Source: Prochlorococcus sp. AG-418-I20
GTDB lineage: Bacteria > Cyanobacteriota > Cyanobacteriia > PCC-6307 > Cyanobiaceae
Length of the DNA stretch: 24,000 nt
Direction of reading: 5' to 3'
NCBI GenBank assembly: GCA_003214175.1
Contig: QCLZ01000003.1
Location: 1 to 24,000 of the forward strand
The notes beneath the pieces were generated by a model. It did no database searches, was not told the origin of the DNA, and saw only the letters and a program-made list of their open reading frames with translations. Position 1 is the stretch's first letter; every line of letters begins with the position of its first letter. The translations under genes and the position numbers were made by a program. Positions 1 through 7,881 of this stretch are shown one piece after another.

Positions 1-327
1 TTTTTAAAATCCGTCGTACATATATTAGTCCAATAACGCAATAATTGTGTGGAGTAAAATTTATACCATTGATAAATTATCCTTATTAATTAAATACATT
101 GTCTAAATCTTACTTGTATTCAATCTCCGTATTATTTGGATGCGATATTGTTTGGGATTTACATATATTCTTACTCGATACATATAAGTAGTAGATATAA
201 GCAAACGAAAGGAGGATCTTCGAAGATTCTAGCTACCCTTATAGATACTCTTTGGCTATATGTGACAGTAAACAATAAAAAAGGGGGATTGAGTAACGCG
301 CTAATTTGAATTGGTTTTTAAGAGTAG

Positions 328-642
328 TTGCGACTTCTTCCGTTACCGATTTTTATTTGCATTTATCTATTCTCTTGGTGGAGATGTAAAAAGAATATTA
401 TCGATAGTGATAAGCAACTAAAACCATGCATTGATTGGGCATATGTAAAAAATTTACCTCTCCCACCAAAACCTTCATTTGTCGAATTTTATATTGTTTA
501 TGTCTCTTCTTTTTTAAAATTCCCCTTTGGTATAATTCTTCAACAACTACCTTTTGCAAAGAAAGTAAGATACTACGAAAGAGAAATGAAATTAATATTT
601 GATAAATGGAATCTAGAAAAAATTAAGAAAATAATTAACTAA
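328..642 (+). CDS. hypothetical protein, 104 aa, TTG start (weak call)
   Basis: Only long ORF in this stretch. It has a non-ATG start and no recognisable motif, and it begins where a degenerate copy of the tRNA-flank sequence ends. Confidence 0.25.
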   Translation: MRLLPLPIFICIYLFSWWRCKKNIIDSDKQLKPCIDWAYVKNLPLPPKPSFVEFYIVYVSSFLKFPFGIILQQLPFAKKVRYYEREMKLIFDKWNLEKIKKIIN

Positions 643-643
643 T

Positions 644-757
644 TTATTGATATGTCTGGAGTAAAGAAATATAAATTCCTAATAATAAAAATATTGCTAC
701 ACCTATTCCCATAACTGTAGTGGGTTGATTATTCCAAAAATTAGTTAAAAATTCCAT
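644..757 (-). CDS. 37-aa single-TM peptide MEFLTNFWNNQPTTVMGIGVAIFLLLGIYISLLQTYQ
   Basis: Hand-found ATG..TAA ORF below the ORF-track cutoff. By manual alignment, 19 of 37 residues are identical to the ORF at 7249-7362 (WNNQP and LLGIYI motifs). Confidence 0.6.
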   Translation of the reverse strand: MEFLTNFWNNQPTTVMGIGVAIFLLLGIYISLLQTYQ

Positions 758-980
758 TAATTTGGAAGTTTAAATTTTTTTAGCTCTATTAGCTCTATTA
801 ATTACTTTTCTCAAAATATTATTTTTAATTGATAAATCAGAAATACAATAAAGAGTTAAAAACAAAACTACTTTTGCAAAAAATGAGATTTGCATAATAT
901 AAATAACTCTTTACTCATAAAAGCAAATTTCATTAAAACTGCCAGTTTTTTTAGAAAATCTTATAAGAGGTATTTTCAAT

Positions 981-1029
981 AATTGACAGTCGATCTATAT
1001 TTAGGGAGAATCAAATCCCTCTTTATTTA
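981..1029 (+). promoter_or_regulatory. island leader element copy P1 (AATTGACAGTCGATC + TATATT + hairpin AGGGA/TCCCT)
   Basis: Contains the invariant TTGACAGTCGATC, a TANNNT box and a 5-bp GC hairpin. An ATG at 1030 follows 9 nt after the stem. Confidence 0.6.
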
Positions 1030-1116
1030 ATGTCCATTAATACTTTTCTTTTGCTGTTATTAGTTATTGCAAATTACACAAACTTATTTTTAAATTTAAA
1101 AAATAGAAGAGTATGA
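1030..1116 (+). CDS. 28-aa hydrophobic micro-ORF (MSINTFLLLLLVIANYTNLFLNLKNRRV)
   Basis: Starts directly after leader element P1. It is very short and has no homology evidence. Confidence 0.3.
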   Translation: MSINTFLLLLLVIANYTNLFLNLKNRRV

Positions 1117-1166
1117 AACGTTTATTACTTCCAATATCGTTTTCTTTTGTAAAAATTATGTGTTAA
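1113..1166 (+). pseudogene. truncated remnant of a secreted-protein gene (MKRLLLPISFSFVKIMC*)
   Basis: The first 20 nt, ATGAAACGTTTATTACTTCC, closely match the signal-peptide 5' ends at 16347, 18156, 18890 and 19317. The reading frame stops after 17 codons. Confidence 0.45.
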
Positions 1167-1189
1167 TTGAGACTTACTGCTATGAATGA

Positions 1190-1236
1190 TCGAGGCGACA
1201 GGATTCGAACCTGCGACCTAGTGCTCCCAAAGCACT
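1190..1236 (-). repeat. partial tRNA-Pro(UGG) 3' segment (att-type repeat), copy a
   Basis: TCGAGGCGACAGGATTCGAACCTGCGACCTAGTGCTCCCAAAGCACT. The reverse complement gives anticodon loop TTTGGGA, T-arm GCAGG-TTCGAAT-CCTGT and an acceptor 3' strand. There is no 5' half. Confidence 0.9.
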
Positions 1237-1365
1237 CGATCAGCAAATTGCGACAGTACCCATGAGAACGAAGTGAGGCTATGACTTTAGTTTCAAGAAT
1301 CAATATCCATTATGAGTCTCAGGAATTGTTTTATATGTAGCAAAGTATCGCAAAGTTATGCATTT

Positions 1366-1387
1366 GATCGCCCGAGGATCGCCCGCA
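1366..1387. repeat. segment-private tandem repeat GATCGCCCGAG|GATCGCCCGCA
   Basis: 11-bp period with a GC-rich core. The same GATCGCCC tandem recurs at 3247-3268 at the other end of this segment. Confidence 0.8.
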
Positions 1388-1390
1388 AGC

Positions 1391-1417
1391 GAGCTAGTGC
1401 TCTATGGTCACTAGGTC
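1391..1417. other. symmetric att-core-like site GAGCTAGTGC-TCTATGG-TCACTAGGTC
   Basis: Two 10-bp inverted arms flank a 7-bp spacer. The left arm equals the tRNA fragment core GACCTAGTGC with 1 mismatch. Confidence 0.65.
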
Positions 1418-1440
1418 TTATTAATCCATATTTGATTTTG

Positions 1441-1475
1441 TGAACAGTCGATCTGAATTAGAGGTTTACTCCTCT
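1441..1475 (+). promoter_or_regulatory. island leader element copy P2 (variant TGAACAGTCGATC + TGAATT + hairpin AGAGG/CCTCT)
   Basis: Same architecture as the other copies. An ATG at 1476 abuts the stem and opens a 34-codon ORF that overlaps the convergent gene end. Confidence 0.5.
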
Positions 1476-1563
1476 ATGTTTTATCGACTATCAATCATAA
1501 TTAATTTAGCGGTGCACGAATTAAGCGTTTCATATATTCAGAATAAATGGTTGTTTTTTGGAT

Positions 1564-1953
1564 CTAGTGCCAATTATTAATTGCACAAATAGCTTTGAGG
1601 TGCTTCTTAGTTCTCCAAAGACAATGAACCAATCTGCCACTTGGATTTTGGTATGGTTTTAGTCCTTGGTGCAATCCATTTTTAATTCGTTCTAAGTAAA
1701 AAGATGACCTTTCTTTTTGATAAGGATAAACAGTAAGACTTTTGACTAATCCTTTATTACTAGGATCTATTTCCACATCACATGCTCCTAAAATTTCCCA
1801 TTTAATACCCTCTCCAAGTCCACCTACTCCATATTGATTTGATGTCATTTGAAGACATGTAGTTTCTATAGGTTTTGAGAAATCAACTGGGTGAGCAACA
1901 ACAGGTACTAAAAATTGAGAAATGATATGGCTTAGAAATAAGAAGCGTTTCAT
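1564..1953 (-). CDS. secreted hypothetical protein, 129 aa
   Basis: ATG start. The N-terminus MKRFLFLSHIISQFLVPVVAHP is signal-peptide-like, and the 5' nucleotides ATGAAACGCTT are shared with the secreted-protein family. Confidence 0.7.
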   Translation of the reverse strand: MKRFLFLSHIISQFLVPVVAHPVDFSKPIETTCLQMTSNQYGVGGLGEGIKWEILGACDVEIDPSNKGLVKSLTVYPYQKERSSFYLERIKNGLHQGLKPYQNPSGRLVHCLWRTKKHLKAICAINNWH

Positions 1954-2037
1954 TTGATATTCAAATCTTTAGATATTGATTATCATTTTGATACGTTTTG
2001 CATTCAATATTCCGAATTGTCAGCTTAAGTAAAATTA

Positions 2038-2802
2038 ATGGAAATTCTATTTTTAATTATTTGTTTTATTTTTCTTTTTATCCTAGCTGCATTCTCTGAG
2101 GATATGGGATTCTGGGTAGGCACAAAGCAGGTAGCTTTAGAAGAAAACATTAAAAAAAATATTAAAAATATTCTAAAAAATAATAAAGAAAATTCTAGAA
2201 AATCTTATAGAAATCAAAAAAGATTAGTAGGAAACATAAGGAATATTGAAGAGTTAGACGAAATTATGTTTGAGACTGCAAAAAGATTTGCAAGTAGTTT
2301 AGAGGTTAGTAATCAAGATATTCCTTTACTTGGAAATGCTCTAGGGATTGGATATCTACTAAATACCTATTTCACTTTTTTTATTAGAAGTAAAGTTTTT
2401 CCGGAAGATATTTCTCTGGCAGAGGATTTCTACTCAAAAGATAGAGACTTAGTAATGGGTATATCAACTTTTTTTTTAATAGCTAAAAAGAATTATAAAA
2501 AATCTGGATCAACTCTCGCTTTAGGGGTTGAGGGTCTAAAACATGTTTCTTTTTTGATGCATAAGTGCTCAAAGAAAAATCTTGAAGATAGACTTTGCGA
2601 TAAATCTGAGATAATTCCTTTGAAAGAATTATTCAGAGCTTATTCAAGCGAATATGAAAAAGGTGTTGAGACATTAAAGGCAACATATAAAATGATTGAT
2701 ATCAATAGTGAATATGAAAGATACTCAGATGATTTCAACAAATTGCTTTTAGATTTGAAATTATTCGTATTTGATAGTCCATATGATCAAACTAATTATT
2801 AA
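2038..2802 (+). CDS. hypothetical protein with N-terminal TM anchor, 254 aa
   Basis: Long ATG ORF with a hydrophobic N-terminus (ILFLIICFIFLFILAAF). No domain recognised. Confidence 0.7.
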   Translation: MEILFLIICFIFLFILAAFSEDMGFWVGTKQVALEENIKKNIKNILKNNKENSRKSYRNQKRLVGNIRNIEELDEIMFETAKRFASSLEVSNQDIPLLGNALGIGYLLNTYFTFFIRSKVFPEDISLAEDFYSKDRDLVMGISTFFLIAKKNYKKSGSTLALGVEGLKHVSFLMHKCSKKNLEDRLCDKSEIIPLKELFRAYSSEYEKGVETLKATYKMIDINSEYERYSDDFNKLLLDLKLFVFDSPYDQTNY

Positions 2803-2831
2803 ATAAACTAGATATAAAATACTTAGAGGAT

Positions 2832-3068
2832 TTAGCTCCAAAGAGATGAAAAGCCAATCACAATAATCGCAATTTGCAAAACCCCAGCAGATAAAGCCAG
2901 AAGTTTATTACCTCCATCAATCCCATTCTTTTCAACATCACCTCTGACCATTTCAGTAACGAACCAACTAACTATTACAAGTAATATAAATCCACCTAAT
3001 TGACTATCACCCCAGTATTTATATATACCCACTAGAGCAAAAATTCCTGAAAAAAATCCTGTCCCCAT
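2832..3068 (-). CDS. small multi-pass membrane protein, 78 aa
   Basis: ATG ORF with about three hydrophobic stretches. Confidence 0.6.
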   Translation of the reverse strand: MGTGFFSGIFALVGIYKYWGDSQLGGFILLVIVSWFVTEMVRGDVEKNGIDGGNKLLALSAGVLQIAIIVIGFSSLWS

Positions 3069-3246
3069 TTATTAAGTAATCAACTTTAAACTTTTAATTA
3101 ATTTATAGCGATATTGGCATTATTGGTAATGCCTGCAATATAAGTTATTGTCCTCTCAAATAAATAAAATGTTTACTACTTGCACAATCCAATCTTTGAT
3201 AGAAGAGGGCGATGCACCATGCAAAGCTATGCAAGGTATTGCAAAT

Positions 3247-3268
3247 GATCGCCCAGAGATCGCCCAGA
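3247..3268. repeat. segment-private tandem repeat GATCGCCCAGA x2
   Basis: Perfect 11-bp tandem. It is the partner of 1366-1387, and the upstream CAAAG..TATGCAA context is also shared. Confidence 0.8.
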
Positions 3269-3295
3269 GAGTATTTAAGAATCGTGAGAAGTCAA

Positions 3296-3340
3296 TCGGG
3301 GCGACAGGATTCGAACCTGCGACCTAGTGCTCCCAAAGCA
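3296..3340 (-). repeat. partial tRNA-Pro(UGG) 3' segment, copy b
   Basis: TCGGGGCGACAGGATTCGAACCTGCGACCTAGTGCTCCCAAAGCA. Confidence 0.9.
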
Positions 3341-3467
3341 TTCGATCTATTATTTGAGATTATAAAACAAAACTAAGCTATGACTAGGTTATAACCAAGA
3401 GAGTAGAACGAGTTTGAGTCTCAATATTGTACAAAGTTATAGTTCTATATACAAAATATATAACCTC

Positions 3468-3490
3468 AGCTCCTCCTTTAGCTCCCCCGG
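3468..3490. repeat. segment-private tandem repeat AGCTCCTCCTT-T-AGCTCCCCCGG
   Basis: The partner ACTCCCCCTAC|AGCTCCCCTTT lies at 7644-7665 at the other end of the segment. Confidence 0.7.
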
Positions 3491-3493
3491 AGT

Positions 3494-3520
3494 GACCTAG
3501 TGCCTCATGTTAACTAGGTC
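3494..3520. other. symmetric att-core-like site GACCTAGTGC-CTCATGT-TAACTAGGTC
   Basis: 10-bp inverted arms flank a 7-bp spacer, located 4 nt after the tandem repeat. Confidence 0.7.
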
Positions 3521-3554
3521 GAAGAAATGATGTTTTTAACTCTGGACCATACAC

Positions 3555-3710
3555 TTAAATTGAAGAACAAAAGTGATGAAATCTTTGATCATCAACGTCA
3601 GCCATTAAATCATATTCCTCTAATTTTTTTGTAATCCTTTTATATTCAATATCATTTACAAAATGAGCTATATATTTTTCTAAAAAATTTATATTGATTT
3701 TTTGTTTCAT
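3555..3710 (-). CDS. hypothetical 51-aa protein
   Basis: Hand-found ATG..TAA ORF (MKQKININFLEKYIAHFVNDIEYKRITKKLEEYDLMADVDDQRFHHFCSSI) with no homology evidence. Confidence 0.35.
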   Translation of the reverse strand: MKQKININFLEKYIAHFVNDIEYKRITKKLEEYDLMADVDDQRFHHFCSSI

Positions 3711-3925
3711 TAATATCCTTTATTTATTAATAGCTATAAATTCTCTTTTTAACTTTTATTGAATAATTGTTCCTTATAAATTGAGAAAATCTAAAAAAGT
3801 CTAATAAGTACAGCTTATAGAGGGTATGAGAGTAAGTAATTATACTCACACTTATGCTTTTCAGTCATTAGATTTGTTTCAAGATTGCATTAGGAAGCGT
3901 CTTAGCTAAATAGCCAACCAAACAA

Positions 3926-4060
3926 ATGAACGAAACAAAAACAGTTGAGAAGGAAAAAATCGTAGCTGAGAAGCTCAACGGTAGATTTGCGATGATTGGG
4001 TTTATTGCCCTTATAGGTGCATATCTAACAACAGGACAAATTATTCCAGGGTTTGTATAA
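3926..4060 (+). CDS. hli: high-light-inducible protein (HLIP, one-helix CAB/ELIP/HLIP family), 44 aa
   Basis: Translation MNETKTVEKEKIVAEKLNGRFAMIGFIALIGAYLTTGQIIPGFV carries the HLIP signature E-x-x-NGR-x-AM-x-GF and a TGQIIPG tail. Confidence 0.9.
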   Translation: MNETKTVEKEKIVAEKLNGRFAMIGFIALIGAYLTTGQIIPGFV

Positions 4061-4168
4061 ATGGATTTTTCATCTAAAAGACAAGGTTATGTACCCCTTA
4101 AGATGGTTCCTTACATATTCTTTGTTGCAGTTGTTTTAAGCATCACAACAACAAATACATTCGTATAG
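4061..4168 (+). CDS. 35-aa TM peptide immediately after hli
   Basis: Its ATG abuts the hli stop codon. Sequence MDFSSKRQGYVPLKMVPYIFFVAVVLSITTTNTFV, followed by a terminator. Confidence 0.4.
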   Translation: MDFSSKRQGYVPLKMVPYIFFVAVVLSITTTNTFV

Positions 4169-4193
4169 TTTTTAAAAACTTGCATTGTCATGA

Positions 4194-4227
4194 AAGTCAG
4201 CTGGTAGGGATACAGGCTGACTTTTTT
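4194..4227 (+). terminator. rho-independent terminator of the hli operon
   Basis: Stem AAGTCAGC / GCTGACTT with a 14-nt loop, followed by a T-run. Confidence 0.7.
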
Positions 4228-4328
4228 AATGGTAGTTGAGCAATTGACTTGGGAGAATCAAATTAAAACCAATAATTAAAAAATAGAGAATATTAAATTA
4301 AATCTTTACTTTTTGAACCGCTATCAAC

Positions 4329-4469
4329 TTATTCCAAATCAGTATCAAATTCAGGTCTAAACTTAGTAAGTTTAGAAATTTCTAATTTTAGTTCCTCTTC
4401 GGAATTAAATCCTAGTTCTCTGTAGGATTCTAGACCTAGTGAGGCTTCTCTTTTTAAAATTATTTTCAT
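4329..4469 (-). CDS. hypothetical acidic 46-aa protein
   Basis: Hand-found ATG..TAA ORF (MKIILKREASLGLESYRELGFNSEEELKLEISKLTKFRPEFDTDLE). Confidence 0.35.
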   Translation of the reverse strand: MKIILKREASLGLESYRELGFNSEEELKLEISKLTKFRPEFDTDLE

Positions 4470-4604
4470 ATCCCATAAGTTTCTAAATTAATACTAGTTT
4501 TTAATAATTTAATTAAGTTACTAAGTTGTTGATTCAAGACCGTTTGACCAATTTATTAATTGACAATCTATTTACAATGTATAAATGAACCCCTTCTTTT
4601 ATTT

Positions 4605-4736
4605 ATGAAAGAAACAGGATTTAACTTAACTCAAGGAATTGCTTTGCTACTTTTGAAAACATTAAACTTGCCTGTTAATTACGTTCTAAATTTAATAATT
4701 TACATAACTAACCCTAGAAATAATATTGGTTATTAA
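4605..4736 (+). CDS. hypothetical 43-aa peptide
   Basis: ATG ORF downstream of TTGACA(4560)-N-TATAAA, a diverged relative of the leader element. Confidence 0.3.
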   Translation: MKETGFNLTQGIALLLLKTLNLPVNYVLNLIIYITNPRNNIGY

Positions 4737-4764
4737 TTATGCCTCTCGAAGTGAAAAAAATTAA

Positions 4765-5058
4765 ATGAAGGTTCTCGAAGATATCGCATCCGATTTAGAA
4801 CAAAGAATTACTGATGCTTCCATAGGTAATTCTTCTAGGCCAACTATCTTATTCTGTGGCTGCGACCCTCGACTTAAAAAGGATTTGCATAAACGTGCAA
4901 AGCGTATTGGCTTTAATCCATCTTACTCAATAAAACATCCATCTATTAAAGTGGAATTGCAGAATTTTGGGAATAGAAAAATAGAAAGAGATAGGTTTAA
5001 GACAATAACTATGGACTATGAAAACTTTGAATTTATTTGTAGGTATCTAGAGAGTTAA
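4765..5058 (+). CDS. hypothetical protein, 97 aa
   Basis: ATG ORF with balanced composition. No motif recognised. Confidence 0.6.
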   Translation: MKVLEDIASDLEQRITDASIGNSSRPTILFCGCDPRLKKDLHKRAKRIGFNPSYSIKHPSIKVELQNFGNRKIERDRFKTITMDYENFEFICRYLES

Positions 5059-5285
5059 GCATCTTTCAAAGATCTATTTTTGTTCTTGTGTTATTGTTAA
5101 TAAATCTCAGGTAGAGATAAGACTAAGCAATATTGACCAGCTAAAGAATTTTTGAAAAAGAATCCCACCTGCAAGAGTCAAATACTTTCTGATAAACAAA
5201 TTGTGTTGATCTATCCCATAGAGCGAATGCAAAGAATAAAAATCACTTATTAAGCCTGTGTATATAAAACTAAAAAAGTAAACTA

Positions 5286-5420
5286 ATGAAAAAACTAAAC
5301 AAAAAATATGCTGAATTAATGCGCAAGGCTCAACAAGCTACTGGAAGAAAAGAGGCAGTTGGATTAATCCATAAAGCAGCAAAGTTAAAAACCAAATTTG
5401 ATCAATACGAGATGATGTAA
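5286..5420 (+). CDS. hypothetical basic helical 44-aa protein
   Basis: Hand-found ATG..TAA ORF (MKKLNKKYAELMRKAQQATGRKEAVGLIHKAAKLKTKFDQYEMM), 26 nt upstream of the DUF1330 gene. Confidence 0.4.
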   Translation: MKKLNKKYAELMRKAQQATGRKEAVGLIHKAAKLKTKFDQYEMM

Positions 5421-5446
5421 TCTAATTGAAACACTAATATAAATAA

Positions 5447-5788
5447 ATGGATAAAAAAGGGGCTAAAGGTTACTGGATATCAACGGCGAAAATAATTAAT
5501 CAGGACTTATTTGATGAATATGTAAATAAAGTTGGTCCATGGCTGAAAGAGTTTGGAGGTCAAGTTTTTGCAAAAGATACAGAGCCTCAAGGAAAGGAAA
5601 GGACTGAGGATGCCAATTTAGCCGTTATTTGTGAATTCCCATCAATGAGGGCTGCCGTTGAAGCTTATGAATCTGAAGAATATAAAGAGCTTTCAAAGCT
5701 AAGAAAAGAAGCAACTGAAAATTCCACGTTTACAGTTATGGAAGGTTTAGATGAAGCTACAAAACTTAGAAGAGCAATGGGTTTGTAA
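5447..5788 (+). CDS. DUF1330 family protein, 113 aa
   Basis: KGYWI start, FGG, EG, V-x-EFPS, and A-x-x-x-Y-x-S-x-EY spacing are typical of DUF1330. Confidence 0.8.
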   Translation: MDKKGAKGYWISTAKIINQDLFDEYVNKVGPWLKEFGGQVFAKDTEPQGKERTEDANLAVICEFPSMRAAVEAYESEEYKELSKLRKEATENSTFTVMEGLDEATKLRRAMGL

Positions 5789-5919
5789 TATATATGTAAG
5801 TTTTTCTACTCGTTACATAGCGAATAAAGAGTTAGAGTATGAACAATGGAAGCATTTGATTGGAGATAACTTCACTAGTCCAAAGCAACTATTTATACCT
5901 TCACAAAAAAATTAAAGAA

Positions 5920-6207
5920 ATGACTATTTTTATTGGAAATTTATCTTGGGAAACTGAGGTTGAAGATCTTGAACAACTTTTTAGTAATTATGGAGTAGTA
6001 AAGAAATGTTATTTACCTCTTGATAGAGAAACAGGAAGAAAAAGAGGTATTGCTTTTGTAGATTTAAATGATCATAATTCTGAAAAAAAAGCTATTGATG
6101 ATCTTCAAGATGTTGAATGGATGGGAAGAGAGATAAGGGTCAACGAGGCTGAGAAAAGGGACAGACCCAATAATAAAAAATACAATAAATTTAATAGAAA
6201 TAATTAG
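5920..6207 (+). CDS. RRM-type RNA-binding protein, 95 aa
   Basis: RNP2 IFIGNL and RNP1 KRGIAFVDL are present. I moved the start to the ATG at 5920, because the ORF-track TTG at 5860 adds an implausible extension. Confidence 0.9.
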   Translation: MTIFIGNLSWETEVEDLEQLFSNYGVVKKCYLPLDRETGRKRGIAFVDLNDHNSEKKAIDDLQDVEWMGREIRVNEAEKRDRPNNKKYNKFNRNN

Positions 6208-6257
6208 TTTTTATTACTTTGCGATTCTGAAGATTATCAGTATAAATCAAAAGAAAA

Positions 6258-6512
6258 TTAGAGCTTGCTTATTCGTAACTTATATCCAAAATTCATCAAT
6301 TGATTATAAGTCGATTTTATTTGTAAAGAGTTAAGAGAAAGACGTTTCTCCTTATTCTTTTGTAAATAAAAAAAACCTTTGTCATCTAAATTCTTTTCAA
6401 TAGAAACAAATTCTTTCCCTTTTTCTAGAATCCAAGGTTCTAATTGGAAATTATCATCTCCTATTTGATAATCCCATGGATAAATATCATTGGTTTGATT
6501 CTTTAGAGACAT
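6258..6512 (-). CDS. hypothetical protein, 84 aa
   Basis: ATG ORF with no motif. Confidence 0.55.
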   Translation of the reverse strand: MSLKNQTNDIYPWDYQIGDDNFQLEPWILEKGKEFVSIEKNLDDKGFFYLQKNKEKRLSLNSLQIKSTYNQLMNFGYKLRISKL

Positions 6513-6639
6513 ATTGAATACCTTATCTTAGTAAAAGTATCCTAATACTTTGTGATGGATTTTTTGTGTAACTAGAGAGACTGTTATATGTATATGTTGC
6601 TTTTTGAATCCTTCACATATTTGTTTTTATAGGCAAAAA

Positions 6640-6763
6640 AAAAGACCCTTGCGAGCCTGGATGATGGGGTTTTCTATCATGACAAATTAAAAAGGAACAA
6701 ACAACCCCATAGATAGGTAATATTTAATACTTACAAGCACCATATATAGTGCTAGTATTTTTT
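6640..6763 (+). ncRNA. candidate small RNA 1 (motif GAGCCTGGATGATGGGG, terminator-like end)
   Basis: ORF-free region. ATGGGG(6664-6669) can pair with CCCCAT(6705-6710). Hairpin AGCAC/GTGCT at 6736-6753 is followed by a T-run. Confidence 0.3.
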
Positions 6764-6765
6764 AA

Positions 6766-6827
6766 AGAGCTGGGTGATGGGGATTATCAAGCTTTTTTAT
6801 TTAGGGCGAATCTAACGCCCTTTTTTT
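6766..6827 (+). ncRNA. candidate small RNA 2 (motif GAGCTGGGTGATGGGG) ending in a strong terminator
   Basis: The motif from candidate 1 is repeated. Terminator AGGGCG-aatctaa-CGCCCT plus T7 lies at 6803-6827. Confidence 0.35.
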
Positions 6828-6904
6828 GTTTATGAGATTTACTTCTAAAAAACTTAAGTTTGATACTTAATTTGGCTTTTTGTTTTTTGGTATTAGTTAT
6901 TTAG

Positions 6905-7099
6905 TTACTGCTGTTGTTGGTGCGCTCGACGTTTCATGATTTTGTATTCCTCATGCAGAGAACCTAGGTGCCAAGCCTCTCTGAATCCTTTTGCACCTTG
7001 CATTAGAAGTCTTACATCTGAGGTTGAATGTGACTTCATCTCCAAGAACTCTTTCTGCCAAGAAGTGTCATCCAATTTAGTAATCAAATTTTCTCCCAT
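6905..7099 (-). CDS. hypothetical protein, 64 aa
   Basis: ATG ORF with charged, balanced composition. Preferred over the antisense ORF 6936-7208. Confidence 0.55.
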   Translation of the reverse strand: MGENLITKLDDTSWQKEFLEMKSHSTSDVRLLMQGAKGFREAWHLGSLHEEYKIMKRRAHQQQQ

Positions 7100-7206
7100 T
7101 CTTTTTTTCTATCATCCCAAAGCTTACCTTGTTTGTCCACATAAGAGAAAGTTAAATCTTTTATTATCTTTTCAATTTCTTCGTAAAACTTTTCTATTCG
7201 TTCCAT
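7084..7206 (-). CDS. hypothetical 40-aa protein (MERIEKFYEEIEKIIKDLTFSYVDKQGKLWDDRKKEWEKI)
   Basis: Uses the internal ATG of ORF 7084-7281. The shortened form avoids overlap with the divergent gene at 7249. Confidence 0.4.
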   Translation of the reverse strand: MERIEKFYEEIEKIIKDLTFSYVDKQGKLWDDRKKEWEKI

Positions 7207-7248
7207 AATTATTTTCTTTAGTATTCTTAACCTGAGAGTGAATTTTTT

Positions 7249-7362
7249 ATGGGATATTTTCAGGAGCTTTGGAATAATCAACCAAATGAAGTTATCGGTG
7301 TAGGCATGTTAATATTCATATTGTTGGGAATTTACATAGCATTACTCAATAGATTTAAGTAG
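7249..7362 (+). CDS. 37-aa single-TM peptide MGYFQELWNNQPNEVIGVGMLIFILLGIYIALLNRFK
   Basis: Paralog of 644-757, and 2 nt upstream of the next ATG (7365). Confidence 0.6.
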   Translation: MGYFQELWNNQPNEVIGVGMLIFILLGIYIALLNRFK

Positions 7363-7364
7363 TA

Positions 7365-7613
7365 ATGGAAAAATTTACCCTTATAAATAAAGATAGATCC
7401 AGGATAAAAGTATTTGAACCATTTGAAGATGTATCGAAGCCTAGTCCTAGTATTGATGCAATGATGATTAGTTATGGATGTGTTTATAAGCGAGCAAGTA
7501 AACCAGTTATGAAAGGAAGCAGAGTTGAAACTATCGAAGCAGCTCGAAAGGAATATAAACAACTACTGGATGAGGGGTGGAAGAAAACAAGTATCTTCAG
7601 GAGCTATTTCTAG
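7365..7613 (+). CDS. hypothetical protein, 82 aa
   Basis: ATG ORF tightly coupled to 7249-7362. Confidence 0.6.
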   Translation: MEKFTLINKDRSRIKVFEPFEDVSKPSPSIDAMMISYGCVYKRASKPVMKGSRVETIEAARKEYKQLLDEGWKKTSIFRSYF

Positions 7614-7643
7614 GCACTAAATACAGCAAAGTACATCCTATGA

Positions 7644-7665
7644 ACTCCCCCTACAGCTCCCCTTT
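7644..7665. repeat. segment-private tandem repeat ACTCCCCCTAC|AGCTCCCCTTT
   Basis: Partner of 3468-3490. It is followed by the palindrome CTCAATTTGAG and the tRNA-flank terminator. Confidence 0.7.
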
Positions 7666-7688
7666 CTCAATTTGAGACAGTAAGCAAT

Positions 7689-7713
7689 AAAAAAGCGAGT
7701 TGGGAGACTCGCT
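7689..7713 (-). terminator. terminator travelling with the tRNA-Pro fragment
   Basis: On the minus strand, directly 3' of fragment c, the stem AGCGAGT/ACTCGCT is followed by a T-run. Confidence 0.65.
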
Positions 7714-7735
7714 AGTATGAATTGGTTTTTAAGAG

Positions 7736-7787
7736 TCGGGGCGACAGGATTCGAACCTGCGACCTAGTGCCCCCAAATCACTAGTTC
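7736..7787 (-). repeat. partial tRNA-Pro 3' segment, copy c (variant, fully symmetric core)
   Basis: TCGGGGCGACAGGATTCGAACCTGCGACCTAGTGC-CCCCAAA-TCACTAGTTC. The loop is altered and the right arm is extended into a 10-bp inverted repeat. Confidence 0.85.
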
Positions 7788-7881
7788 AGAAGACCCTATA
7801 TCTACGATTTGAAGCTATAACAACAGTTATAAGCCCTTTTTTCTTCTAAAACCTTATAAGACTTTCTAATTCTTATTGGAT

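Noticed and set aside
186-262. Third copy of the GTAGAT-type structured RNA (CATATAAGTAGTAGATATAAG... with palindrome GGATCTTCGAAGATTC)
   Set aside because: It shares only the TATAAG + GTAGAT start. The hairpin order and the long terminal stem are not reproduced.
262-327. Terminator-type tRNA flank (AATAAAAAAG...GAATTGGTTTTTAAGAGTAG) as an eleventh att copy
   Set aside because: The flank is recognisable, but the sequence that follows (TTGCGACTTCTTCCGTTACC) is not tRNA-like. I record it only as a probable decayed boundary.
6936-7208. 90-aa plus-strand ORF, and similar antisense ORFs at 7332-7562, 7888-8082, 9784-9966, 10003-10251, 18838-19065 and 21390-21593
   Set aside because: Each lies antisense to, or overlaps, a better-supported gene or a repeat or att site. 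They have Cys/Ser/Phe/Leu-rich low-complexity translations typical of shadow ORFs in AT-rich DNA.
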